Source of the DNA: an uncultured virus (IMG/VR IMGVR_UViG_3300025687_000041)
Taxonomy: Duplodnaviria; Heunggongvirae; Uroviricota; Caudoviricetes
Virus record (IMG/VR): IMGVR_UViG_3300025687_000041
Length of the DNA stretch: 64,000 nucleotides
Direction: 5' to 3' (one strand)
The notes beneath the pieces are model-generated. The model ran no database searches. It saw only the letters and a list, made by a program, of their open reading frames with translations, and was not told the origin of the DNA. The translations under genes and the position numbers were made by a program. This document shows positions 48,416 through 56,763 of the stretch, one piece after another. How positions within the stretch are numbered: the first letter of the stretch is position 1; every line of letters starts with the position of its first letter.

Positions 48416-48610
48416 TTAAACGATAGATGCTGCTTCCGCAGACAATGTTACGGATTTCTTCAATGTAACGTGAACTGAGCGATGGACTAGCTCCCCATTA
48501 AGCCAATACTCCACCCAAGCCGCAGTTTCATTAGCATTATCAACGGACCCTTCACGTTTCTCAAGCAACGCTTCGTCCATTTCGCCTTTGGTTGTTGTAA
48601 CTAATGCCAT
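48416..48610 (-). CDS. Small hypothetical protein
   Basis: In-operon ORF with RBS. Confidence 0.65.
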   Translation of the reverse strand: MALVTTTKGEMDEALLEKREGSVDNANETAAWVEYWLNGELVHRSVHVTLKKSVTLSAEAASIV

Positions 48611-48619
48611 TGCAACCCC

Positions 48620-49066
48620 TTACGAAATTCTTACCACAGCGTCATTAGCTGTAGCCGTCGGGAACGTAACAGTAAATGTCTGCCCGCTAACCGTTTTATC
48701 TGAGCCAAAATTTAAAACAGCTACCGATTTGTTTCCCTTGGTGCTGTTATAAATGAGCGCCCCACGTGCCGTAAATGTCGCTCCAGCCCAAACCGCAGAG
48801 GCAAATGACACGTATGCTGTAGGCACTTGCTGTGAATTATCGCCCGAGGTTGGGGTCTGGCTAATTGTCAGCGTGACGCCGCCAGCGGTGTATCCTGCCC
48901 CGGTAACTTCGTTTGAAGTTGTGTACGCCGTAGTGCTTGGACCAATCGAAGAGTCCCCTGTATAAAGGGCAATCTTAAAAGTATCCGCAGAAGTCGGGCC
49001 AAAATTATGCACAGCTTGGAGGATCTCAACCTTAAAGCTCGTGGTAACTGTTTGTTGGAGCGCCAT
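48620..49066 (-). CDS. Virion structural protein (paralog of 47947-48405)
   Basis: Same motifs as its paralog. Confidence 0.7.
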   Translation of the reverse strand: MALQQTVTTSFKVEILQAVHNFGPTSADTFKIALYTGDSSIGPSTTAYTTSNEVTGAGYTAGGVTLTISQTPTSGDNSQQVPTAYVSFASAVWAGATFTARGALIYNSTKGNKSVAVLNFGSDKTVSGQTFTVTFPTATANDAVVRIS

Positions 49067-49762
49067 TTAAACCACCGCCTGCCTATACTGTCCAGAACGG
49101 TAAGCGTCTTGACGCTCCATGCCATCCCCAAGTCGTTTAGCTAATGCCAGCGCCTCTTTATACTTACCGTCGTACAAAGCCAGCATATCTGGCTCACCCT
49201 TCATAAAGGTGTAAGCCTCAACAAGCGACCCGTACAACAGAACCGTATCGAAGTTATCACCCAGCCACGTTGTGTTTGCCGTGGTAATCGACTCTGGGTA
49301 ATAATAGAAATGAAGCTCTACGGTGTAGTCCGTATTCGGCGTTGGCCCAAGCAAAAACGTCAACTCGTTAGTGATAGCAGCACCAGAAATTGCAGGACCG
49401 AACAATCCGTAGTATCGAGGAATCCCGGTGTCTGTTGGACTTGGATACGCCGCACGGATGAAGTTCACATCCTTGTTTAGCAGGTACTCATAATTACCGC
49501 TACCATCAATAACAGCCAGTGAATACACAGCCAAAAAATCATCAGGGGCTTTTAAATACTTATTCCCTGACTGCACATTCCCGGTCATGTTTTTGCGAAT
49601 TGATGGGAATTGGATCGAGTTATAGATCCGCTGTTCAGCCTGTTGAATAAACCGATTGATCTGCTCAGCCGTAGTCTCGGTTGAGCCGTCAGAAAGCGTA
49701 ACGTCCGGAAAGACGTTTTCCGTATACGACTGAATTGAGGCTAAAAGTTCCTGATATGTAAT
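49067..49762 (-). CDS. Head-tail adaptor-like protein, apparently starting at a non-canonical ATT codon
   Basis: Frame is open from ATT 49762 (ITYQELLASIQSYTEN...FIQQAEQRI), 58 codons upstream of the ORF-track ATG. Confidence 0.65.
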   Translation of the reverse strand: MTYQELLASIQSYTENVFPDVTLSDGSTETTAEQINRFIQQAEQRIYNSIQFPSIRKNMTGNVQSGNKYLKAPDDFLAVYSLAVIDGSGNYEYLLNKDVNFIRAAYPSPTDTGIPRYYGLFGPAISGAAITNELTFLLGPTPNTDYTVELHFYYYPESITTANTTWLGDNFDTVLLYGSLVEAYTFMKGEPDMLALYDGKYKEALALAKRLGDGMERQDAYRSGQYRQAVV

Positions 49763-50590
49763 TTACGCCACCTTTTCCAGAGTGTATTTACCAGCCACTC
49801 TGCCCTTCTTCCTGACAGCGTTTGATACAGACGTTTTTAGCACGCCAAGAAATTCTGCCGCAGCTTTTTGCGACAAAAAAGAACACTGCAACTCACGGCA
49901 GTATACGGGTTTCCATTTAGCCCGCGCAATAGCTTCTTTTGTACTATCTGTGTGCCTTCTACCGATTGACGCCGCACGGTACCTTGCAAGAATGTTTGGG
50001 TCACTCAACGCTTTTTTTAGTCCATTGATTCGTCGTTGCCGTACCTCCGGGTTCTTCCAACTACTGCGCAAGGTGGCGGATCTGTCTTTAGCAACGGGCT
50101 GCGTTTTTACATGTGCTGCCCAACGAGCCGCATTACCTATAGGGGCAATACGCTTACCCCGTTCACGCGCCGCCAAAGAACTAGAAGCTTCTTTTATTTT
50201 TTCTAGCTGTTGCTGACGCCATTCAGGGTTCGCCCATTGCTGCTTTAATCGGTCAGAACGATTTTTACGTACTTCTGCGGACGGAACTACCCCACGATGC
50301 CCCGCACCGCCTTTGGCGATATTGTATGCAGGTTCAAGCTCCGCGATAATTTGCATCTCAGCATTGTTTAACGTATCCGCGTCAAAAGCCGTAAAAACTT
50401 CCGCAAACAAAAACGTTTCAACACCATGCGTGGCTATTGCCTGCGCCAAACGGTACTTCTTTGCCACCTTGGAACGAGCGGTGTTCACATGGCATTTCCA
50501 CCTACACAGCGCAAGTTGGCGTGTTTGTCCAACGTACTGTTCTCCTGTAACAGTATTCGTGACAACGTAGATAGAACCGTACCGCTTCAT
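49763..50590 (-). mobile_element. Free-standing GIY-YIG homing endonuclease gene with NUMOD-type repeats
   Basis: GSIYVVTN...YVGQT...R...H...E...YN; GRRHTDSTKEAI; C-terminal HTH. Confidence 0.85.
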
Positions 50591-50594
50591 AGCA

Positions 50595-50858
50595 TCAAGC
50601 CATCGGGCCACGGGCCATTGTGCCTTTAGTTGCCGCACCGGTACCGCGAATCTTGATGCCGGAAGTCTTTTCAGCCGGGGCTGCTCGACGCGAGATATTA
50701 CCCACCGACATATTGACGTTATTGGCTTCGCTTGAATCAGGAAGCGAACCGGGGTTGGCTTGAACGCGAGTGGCGCTACCTGTCATGGTGTGTGGCGAAG
50801 CGTAGACGCTGGCAGAACCAACTTCTTTCCCGCCCATTTTCATGCTGTACTTTGCCAT
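50595..50858 (-). CDS. Small basic virion-region protein
   Basis: Ends GIKIRGTGAATKG..ARGPMA. Confidence 0.7.
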   Translation of the reverse strand: MAKYSMKMGGKEVGSASVYASPHTMTGSATRVQANPGSLPDSSEANNVNMSVGNISRRAAPAEKTSGIKIRGTGAATKGTMARGPMA

Positions 50859-50859
50859 A

Positions 50860-51048
50860 TCAGCCTCGCTTTTGTGCGGCAACTTTAGCCAGATTGCGGC
50901 CCATCTTCTTCATGTCCGCATTGGTCTTGCCGACAGTATGCTTCTTCGGGCCTTTCTCAATGCCCATTGTCGGACCGCTGTTGCCAAGATTTTTGCCTTC
51001 AGTTTTGCCCTTTTTGGCAATGCCATCGGCAGAACGTGTGTAAGCCAT
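50860..51048 (-). CDS. Small basic protein with DGIAKKGKT motif at the N-terminus
   Basis: MAYTRSADGIAKKGKTEG. Confidence 0.7.
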   Translation of the reverse strand: MAYTRSADGIAKKGKTEGKNLGNSGPTMGIEKGPKKHTVGKTNADMKKMGRNLAKVAAQKRG

Positions 51049-51049
51049 T

Positions 51050-51484
51050 TTATGCTCCTATTTCAACCGTAACTGTACCAACTTGGGCCTGCAAAACCAA
51101 GTAGTTCGGCGTCAATGCAGTATCAAAACCGCTGGCTCCCCCAACAGGATTCCAGCCCCATTGAAAGACCCTGCTACCCCCATCCGGAACCCCAGTCTGA
51201 TCCTCGGACGGCCCCGTCGTGTTCTCTATCTGAAGCCCATTTAGACCGGACTGGTAGTAGCTAATGTCTGGCCTTGGCTCCCTGACCGCTTGCGGGTCGT
51301 ATACGGGATACATCCCCAACTGCAACTGTGGATGGTCCGGATCCCAGCATTCCGGGCAAACTTTGATACTGACTTGTTTAGTCTTAATGACCAGCTTACG
51401 CAGTTGGGTCAGTTTATAACGCTGTCCGCAGCGGTCACATTCCGCGATTGAGTTCTTGCCAGATGCGTATTTTGGACCAGCCAT
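51050..51484 (-). CDS. Zinc-ribbon protein
   Basis: CDRC...CPEC..DHPQ...PRP. Confidence 0.7.
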   Translation of the reverse strand: MAGPKYASGKNSIAECDRCGQRYKLTQLRKLVIKTKQVSIKVCPECWDPDHPQLQLGMYPVYDPQAVREPRPDISYYQSGLNGLQIENTTGPSEDQTGVPDGGSRVFQWGWNPVGGASGFDTALTPNYLVLQAQVGTVTVEIGA

Positions 51485-51487
51485 TTG

Positions 51488-52204
51488 TTACCTCAAAATT
51501 GTAATTCGAGGAACAAACCGATCCGCCGCTTTCTCACGGTCCTCATCTGCCGCAAGCTGCCACTGCTGTTCGTAGTCTGCTTTAAGCATCCCGATACGGT
51601 TTGGGTCTACTTCTGGAAGCTTTACAGACAAATAATAGGCCAGCCCAGCAACCATACAGTTAAGAAACCGGAACGGAATATCAGCCGTGGTAACACCAGA
51701 CCCAGCATCTTGAATCCTCCGTAGCCGCCAGTACACAAACGTGTACAGATTTGATTGATCCGGGGCGGGCCACACGTTGATCTGCGGGTAGGCAACCCCA
51801 CTAACCGGCTCGACGGCGCCTGACTGACGGTTGATCCACACCTGAATCGGTCGGCCTTGGGCGTTCTTATTAGGGATCGTGGAGTACGTAGACTCCGAAA
51901 TGCGATTGATGTTGATATCCTGCTGGTTTAGCCCAGTCCCAGTCCGGGTAATCTGGTCTAGCAAATCAATCGTATCGACCGGCAGATCATAAGTGATCGT
52001 ACCCTGCACCAGCGGAATAGAGCCTTGCTCAATAGTCCACAGGTTGATCCCACGGTTCGCCCACTCAATCGTCAAAAGATTCAACGACCGACGCGCAGTA
52101 CGCATGTCGTAACCGGTACGCAACTCCTTGCCGCAACGCTCAAATGCCTCTTCTACGAGGTCATTTACGTCCAGATTAAATGCTGCGGTACCGGTGGTAG
52201 TCAT
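51488..52204 (-). CDS. Head-tail connector (tail tubular A or P22 gp4-like)
   Basis: EEAFERCG...ARRSLNLL..EWANRG.NLW; WP.PD; GLAYYL. Confidence 0.65.
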   Translation of the reverse strand: MTTTGTAAFNLDVNDLVEEAFERCGKELRTGYDMRTARRSLNLLTIEWANRGINLWTIEQGSIPLVQGTITYDLPVDTIDLLDQITRTGTGLNQQDININRISESTYSTIPNKNAQGRPIQVWINRQSGAVEPVSGVAYPQINVWPAPDQSNLYTFVYWRLRRIQDAGSGVTTADIPFRFLNCMVAGLAYYLSVKLPEVDPNRIGMLKADYEQQWQLAADEDREKAADRFVPRITILR

Positions 52205-52206
52205 CT

Positions 52207-52641
52207 TTAAATCATCCTTCCTCGGGTTTTGCCTCGCTTGGCAATCCCGTCTGCTCGACTGGACGCTGATTTAACAACACCGCCCTTCTTCTTTGGGGTC
52301 GGCCTTCTTAAGTCAGACCCGGTAGCGAAAGGGCTTTTGCCTTCTGACCGTCGCTTCTCGGCCCAGTCTTTTGCCTTTTTTTCTATTGAATCCAGAACCT
52401 CTTCGTCGTCTCTGAGTTTCGTAAGGCTGTCCAACTCTCTCTTATCTAGCGTCGGAACAACCAAGGGGTAATCATATTCTCCATCTTCAGAGGTTCTAGA
52501 GTACTCTGTCATCATGCCTTGTCTTGACGGCAATTCCCCAAAATACCCCTTACCTTTCGCTTCTACGCCGGAATGACGCAGCCCGTATGGGGTAATCGTC
52601 CCATACTTAGCTGCGCTATTTTTAAATCCAGCAGGCATCAC
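52207..52641 (-). CDS. Small protein: globular domain plus C-terminal basic tag
   Basis: Ends KKGGVV..ASSRADGIAKRGKTRGRMI. Confidence 0.7.
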   Translation of the reverse strand: MMPAGFKNSAAKYGTITPYGLRHSGVEAKGKGYFGELPSRQGMMTEYSRTSEDGEYDYPLVVPTLDKRELDSLTKLRDDEEVLDSIEKKAKDWAEKRRSEGKSPFATGSDLRRPTPKKKGGVVKSASSRADGIAKRGKTRGRMI

Positions 52642-52890
52642 TCACCTTTTGGCGGTTTTAGCCGATTGAACAAAAGCTTTAGCCGTTGGAGCGCCTTTTG
52701 ACCCCGGCTTACGCATTTGTTCGCCAGACCCCGCAGCGATTCTTTTACGCTTGCGATTGATATTTTCATACAGACCCACCTTCCCGCCAGCGGCGTATTG
52801 CGTGAAGTCGGTGTCATCTCGACGGGCCTTTTTGACCCCTTTGGGCATTTTTGACGGCGCTATTGCCCCCATGCCGCGAGATGCCCTCAT
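52642..52890 (-). CDS. Small basic protein
   Basis: MRASRGMG; YAAGG; GLYENI..KR.R...M.KPG.KGAP. Confidence 0.7.
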   Translation of the reverse strand: MRASRGMGAIAPSKMPKGVKKARRDDTDFTQYAAGGKVGLYENINRKRKRIAAGSGEQMRKPGSKGAPTAKAFVQSAKTAKR

Positions 52891-53150
52891 ACCATCTTAC
52901 CCCGCGTTTTCCCACGTTTGGCAATGCCATCACCTCGCTTAGATGCCGAGGATGCTTTAACTTTGCCGCCCTTTTTCATTGGCATACCACCAGCCATCTT
53001 GCGTTTCTTTTCTTCTTCATCGTCATACATATTTCGCGCGATTGCCGCTGGAATCATGCCACCAAAACCTTGACGCATAAGATCGCCAAGAGCACCTTCA
53101 CCGGTCATCATACCGGCAAGAGGTGAAACATCCCCAAGTTTCAGCCCCAT
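52887..53150 (-). CDS. Small protein with C-terminal basic tag
   Basis: Ends MKKGGKV..SSASKRGDGIAKRGKTRGKMV. Confidence 0.7.
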   Translation of the reverse strand: MGLKLGDVSPLAGMMTGEGALGDLMRQGFGGMIPAAIARNMYDDEEEKKRKMAGGMPMKKGGKVKASSASKRGDGIAKRGKTRGKMV

Positions 53151-53152
53151 TT

Positions 53153-53383
53153 TTACACCATCTTTCCCCGCGTCTTACCGCGAATAGCGCAGCCGTCAGC
53201 GGCACGGACGTAGCCGCCTTTTCTCATCCCACCTAGCTTGGGGGGTTTGCTTGCCGCTTGTTGCTGCTTTTTTGCCATTCGATCCTCGTTGGCTTCATTG
53301 AGCATCCGCATCTCTGCGGGGGTCAATTCCTGAAGCTTTGGATCGGCAGTCGTATCGGCTGCGGTAACTTTCTTGGTAGCCAT
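53153..53383 (-). CDS. Small protein with C-terminal basic tag
   Basis: Ends MRKGGYVRAADGCAIRGKTRGKMV. Confidence 0.7.
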   Translation of the reverse strand: MATKKVTAADTTADPKLQELTPAEMRMLNEANEDRMAKKQQQAASKPPKLGGMRKGGYVRAADGCAIRGKTRGKMV

Positions 53384-53384
53384 C

Positions 53385-53813
53385 TCAGCACTTCCCGCCG
53401 TGACGCATGGCGATCATGGTGCCTTTGGTTTTGCCTTTCTTGGCAATTCCGTCAGCCGCTTTGTGACCAGCAGCAAGGCCACCGCCCTTCAGTCCGGCGT
53501 GAGCTTTGCTCGCGGGCATCGCTGCATGAGCCTTTAGGGACGTAGCAATACCGCCCTTCTTCATGCCTTTGGCTTCCGCCATCTCATGCTTAATCATGGA
53601 TTTCGGAGCGCCCTTCTTCTTCATAAAGCCGATTTCTTTCTGCATCATTGCTTTAGATTCTTTCATCTCGCCACCTTCTGCAAATTTGCGGCCCTTATCG
53701 GCCTTGATGAACTCTTGCCCCACGGAGCGGGATACACCCGCTTTTTTGGCGAACGCAGGGTTATTTGCCACTGCCGCCATGAAGTTATGCTGCTTTTTGC
53801 TGGTACTTGGCAT
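53385..53813 (-). CDS. Small basic protein with several xxGG motifs and the tag
   Basis: FAEGG, MKKGG, AADGIAKKGKTKG. Confidence 0.7.
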   Translation of the reverse strand: MPSTSKKQHNFMAAVANNPAFAKKAGVSRSVGQEFIKADKGRKFAEGGEMKESKAMMQKEIGFMKKKGAPKSMIKHEMAEAKGMKKGGIATSLKAHAAMPASKAHAGLKGGGLAAGHKAADGIAKKGKTKGTMIAMRHGGKC

Positions 53814-53814
53814 T

Positions 53815-54069
53815 TCAGCAGTTCCACGCCCTGAGACTTTTATTGATCCGGCTATTTGGATCGTTTGCAGTCTTGGTCGAAGTTAACTTCTTCTTCATCC
53901 CCTTCATCCGCGCACAAAAGGAGTCTCGGCGCGACCCTCCTTCTGGCTGCGGCGGCTTTAAGCCCGGTTTGCCGGGGTTGGCTCGGTTGTAAGAGGCGCG
54001 GCCCTTGGCGTTCAAGCCGCCACTTTCCGCTTTCCCTTCCTTCCTCTGCCATGCCGGGGACTTAGCCAT
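53815..54069 (-). CDS. Small basic conserved phage protein
   Basis: AWQRKEGK..GGLN.KGR...RRDSFCARM.G...W.C. Confidence 0.75.
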   Translation of the reverse strand: MAKSPAWQRKEGKAESGGLNAKGRASYNRANPGKPGLKPPQPEGGSRRDSFCARMKGMKKKLTSTKTANDPNSRINKSLRAWNC

Positions 54070-54346
54070 AAAACACCGTCGCGTAAACACCGGATGTTGT
54101 GGTGGCGTAAATGCCAGATTCACAACGAATTCCCTCACCCGGAACTACAATGTTGATTGCTCCTGCATCAACAGCCCCGTTAAAGGTAAACATTGTTGTT
54201 CCACCTGCGCCGTTTTTTAACGTCAGCGTGGCAGGTCCAGCGGGATACGTAACAACAATACCCTTGATACGCGCCGGTCCTGCAAACACCGCACCATCCG
54301 TTACGCTCGCAGAAATGGTCGTCGCCTTAACGTCGGTTTGCATCAT
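54062..54346 (-). CDS. Small virion-region protein
   Basis: beta-rich; PGEGI motif; ends FYG. Confidence 0.65.
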   Translation of the reverse strand: MMQTDVKATTISASVTDGAVFAGPARIKGIVVTYPAGPATLTLKNGAGGTTMFTFNGAVDAGAINIVVPGEGIRCESGIYATTTSGVYATVFYG

Positions 54347-54361
54347 GGTAGATGCTCCCTA

Positions 54362-54631
54362 TTAGGCCGGAGTAATCGTCGTAGAACCGTCGCTTGCATC
54401 AATCCAAGTGCTACCAGCCGTAGCGCCTTGCGCCACATAAAACGTCTTGGTAGTGGTGTTATACAGCGTGGTGCCAAGAGCCTTACCAGACGTATTTACC
54501 GCGTCGGCAATATCGCCAAGAAGCGCGGAAGTCGATGTGGTAGAGGTAACAGTACCGGTGATATTGCCAGTAACAGCGCCAGAAAAGCCGTTTTGCGAAA
54601 CAACCGGGCCGGAAAACGTCGTCGTAGACAT
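54362..54631 (-). CDS. Small virion-region protein
   Basis: TTFSGPV N-terminus; GAGGA RBS. Confidence 0.7.
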   Translation of the reverse strand: MSTTTFSGPVVSQNGFSGAVTGNITGTVTSTTSTSALLGDIADAVNTSGKALGTTLYNTTTKTFYVAQGATAGSTWIDASDGSTTITPA

Positions 54632-54713
54632 AGATTCCTCACATGCGAGTTGCGGGGGTGTTCTGTCTGCATGTCGTCAGCCGGGACTGTCAGAACACCG
54701 GATAACCCCGGAA
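54632..54713 (-). ncRNA. Structured RNA element downstream of the capsid gene (possibly Mu-gpT-DE-like)
   Basis: 9-bp stem GGTGTTCTG/CAGAACACC, inner hairpin, ACATGC/GCATGT pseudoknot beside the RBS. Confidence 0.5.
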
Positions 54714-54720
54714 TAATGAT

Positions 54721-54749
54721 GTTGTATCACTCAATAATGCAGATGTCAA
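54721..54749 (-). promoter_or_regulatory. sigma70-like promoter
   Basis: TTGACA-17-TACAAC with extended TG. Confidence 0.55.
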
Positions 54750-54750
54750 T

Positions 54751-54777
54751 AAAAAACAAAGGGGGCCGAAGCCCCCT
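54751..54777 (-). terminator. Rho-independent terminator after the capsid gene
   Basis: AGGGGGC-TTCG-GCCCCCT followed by TTGTTTTTT. Confidence 0.85.
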
Positions 54778-54801
54778 CTGCAAACCCTTAACTACTGGGT
54801 T

Positions 54802-55707
54802 TTAGCCTTCCGAACCATACATCCCGAGCGGGTCCGACCAGCCGAAGCTGTAACGCTCGCGGGACTTATAGCGAACGTTGCCAGTATCGAAGTCACCGTC
54901 CATGGAATTCTGGAGCGGGACACGAACAAAATGCTTCATGCCGTTAGGAACGTCGGTCGTCAGGAACCACGCATTAGTGTCGGTCAAGAAGTGGTTAACG
55001 GTGTATCCCTCGGGGATCGAGCCGTTGTTCTTGAGCGCATTAATGTCGTTGTCCGCCGTCGAAACACGCAGTTCGGTTTCGAGCAGACGGGTTGCAACGA
55101 ACTGGAGTGCCGGGGGCACAACCAGTTTGCGCGGCTTGGCGGCGATCAGCAGGCCACGTTCGTCGGTCCACGCGGCGATCTGGATGACGGCATTCTCAAG
55201 AGAAGTCTCATTCAGGTCGGTCGGGGTTGACGGGATGTTGCTGTTGGTACCACCAGACACCAGCGGGTGCGCGTTGGAGAACAGAGCCTGACCGTCGCCA
55301 CCTGCGTAGCTACCAGAAAAGCCGTTGTTCAGAACCGCCGCAGCTTTCACCTGTTTGGTGTATGCCATGGCACGAGCCAGCGCCTTGGTATAACGAGCCG
55401 AGAGGCTGTCATACAGGTTGTCCTCGATGGCCTCTTCGGTCAGCGAGAAACCCAGAGCGATGGTTTCGTGGTTATAGCGAGCAGTCCAAGCTTCCTGCGC
55501 ATTGTCATAAGCAATTGCAGAGCCTTCGTTCTTCACCGGAGCGGCGGAGAAGCCAGACAGCTTGGTTTCCTCTTCAAACGAACGCTCGGAGGTCTCGGTT
55601 TCGTAGATCTCCTTGTGTTCTTCGCCATAGCGTGCGTACTCCAGACCAAACAGGGCGTTAAGACCCGGCAGGAGTTCTTTGAGTAGTTGTGCGCGTGAAA
55701 TAGCCAT
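54802..55707 (-). CDS. Major capsid protein (Mu gpT-like, HK97 fold)
   Basis: MAISRAQLLKELLPGLNALFG; EG..I.YD; P.KLVVPP.L; GDFDTGN.RYK.RERYSFG; followed by a terminator. Confidence 0.9.
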   Translation of the reverse strand: MAISRAQLLKELLPGLNALFGLEYARYGEEHKEIYETETSERSFEEETKLSGFSAAPVKNEGSAIAYDNAQEAWTARYNHETIALGFSLTEEAIEDNLYDSLSARYTKALARAMAYTKQVKAAAVLNNGFSGSYAGGDGQALFSNAHPLVSGGTNSNIPSTPTDLNETSLENAVIQIAAWTDERGLLIAAKPRKLVVPPALQFVATRLLETELRVSTADNDINALKNNGSIPEGYTVNHFLTDTNAWFLTTDVPNGMKHFVRVPLQNSMDGDFDTGNVRYKSRERYSFGWSDPLGMYGSEG

Positions 55708-55717
55708 TTTTTACTCC

Positions 55718-56296
55718 TTACACGCCAGTGGTGTTGTTATACGTATGCGTGTTGATCTTGACGATCATTTCAACATACGCATCCGAACCGGTGGCGGTCT
55801 CAGGCACAACATCAACAATACGAATCGGCAACGTGTTAGTCGTAGCCGTAGTATCGTCAATAGCTTGCTTAGAATCACCAGTATTGGCATTGCCAGCATT
55901 CAGAACCACCGAGGTGTTCTGACCAACTGCCGTGCGGCCCAGAGTAGCAATTGTGGTGCCCGAGGACACAACAGCCACTTGGAACAGAGCAGTGGGGTCA
56001 TCCACCACGTAGGCCACCACGTTCGTGACGCCAGACGACGGAGCGTACTGAGCCTGAACGGTTTGACCCGACGAGTTGGTGTACTGAACGCCAACGCAAA
56101 CACCAAGGGCTTGCGGGGCAGCGGTACCGTCAGCGACAACTTTGCATTTGCCAGAAGACAGCAGTTCAACTAGATCACCATCGTACACAGCACCGGAATC
56201 AACCGGCACCAGACGAGTTGACCCTGCATACGGGTTGCCACCAATACGATTGATGGGTTTGAATCCGTATGGGGCCGAAACAGTGGGGTAAGCCAT
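55718..56296 (-). CDS. Capsid decoration/cement protein
   Basis: Upstream of MCP; APYGFKP, GV..G..Y, VVDDP motifs. Confidence 0.6.
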   Translation of the reverse strand: MAYPTVSAPYGFKPINRIGGNPYAGSTRLVPVDSGAVYDGDLVELLSSGKCKVVADGTAAPQALGVCVGVQYTNSSGQTVQAQYAPSSGVTNVVAYVVDDPTALFQVAVVSSGTTIATLGRTAVGQNTSVVLNAGNANTGDSKQAIDDTTATTNTLPIRIVDVVPETATGSDAYVEMIVKINTHTYNNTTGV

Positions 56297-56313
56297 GTTT
56301 TAACTCCAAATAT

Positions 56314-56763
56314 TTAAGATCCAGATCCAAAGCTATGCGTGGATTTACGCTCTTTAAACAGCGGCATCCTCGGGTCGCTCTGGCGCATTAAATTGTTGTC
56401 CACAGCTTCCGTCTGAGCTTGGGTCTGGTTCCGGTAATATTCAGAACGCTGACCGACAAACTCTTCCGGAGTCTTGCAAAGCAACAACCCGCCAATCTCA
56501 ATGTTGTCTTTATAACGACTACTGGGATCAACTAGCAGTTTAAATTTAGGCTGCTCCTCAATACGAACCGGCTCCCAACCCTCACGGATTTTGCTCGAAA
56601 GGTTACGTGGGTCCAGTTGATTGAGCATCGACACGCGAATCCAACGATAAGCAAACCCAGCCTGCTTGTCCGGCTCAGGGAGTAACTCGGCGGGTGCCCA
56701 CTGCTTAGGACGCTCGCTCGTTGCTCGGGTTTCTAGTTCACGTTGCAATCTGTTCTCAGCCAT
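56314..56763 (-). CDS. Conserved head-module protein
   Basis: YRWIR...REGWEPV...GGLLLCK. Confidence 0.7.
   Translation of the reverse strand: MAENRLQRELETRATSERPKQWAPAELLPEPDKQAGFAYRWIRVSMLNQLDPRNLSSKIREGWEPVRIEEQPKFKLLVDPSSRYKDNIEIGGLLLCKTPEEFVGQRSEYYRNQTQAQTEAVDNNLMRQSDPRMPLFKERKSTHSFGSGS

Noticed and set aside
49763..50594. Group I intron around the homing endonuclease
   Set aside because: The ORF fills the whole insertion, leaving no room for a ribozyme core, and there is no terminal G at the putative 3' junction.
54640..54685. Hammerhead ribozyme (CTGACGA on the minus strand)
   Set aside because: The stem that follows is succeeded by TGAG, not the required GAAA.
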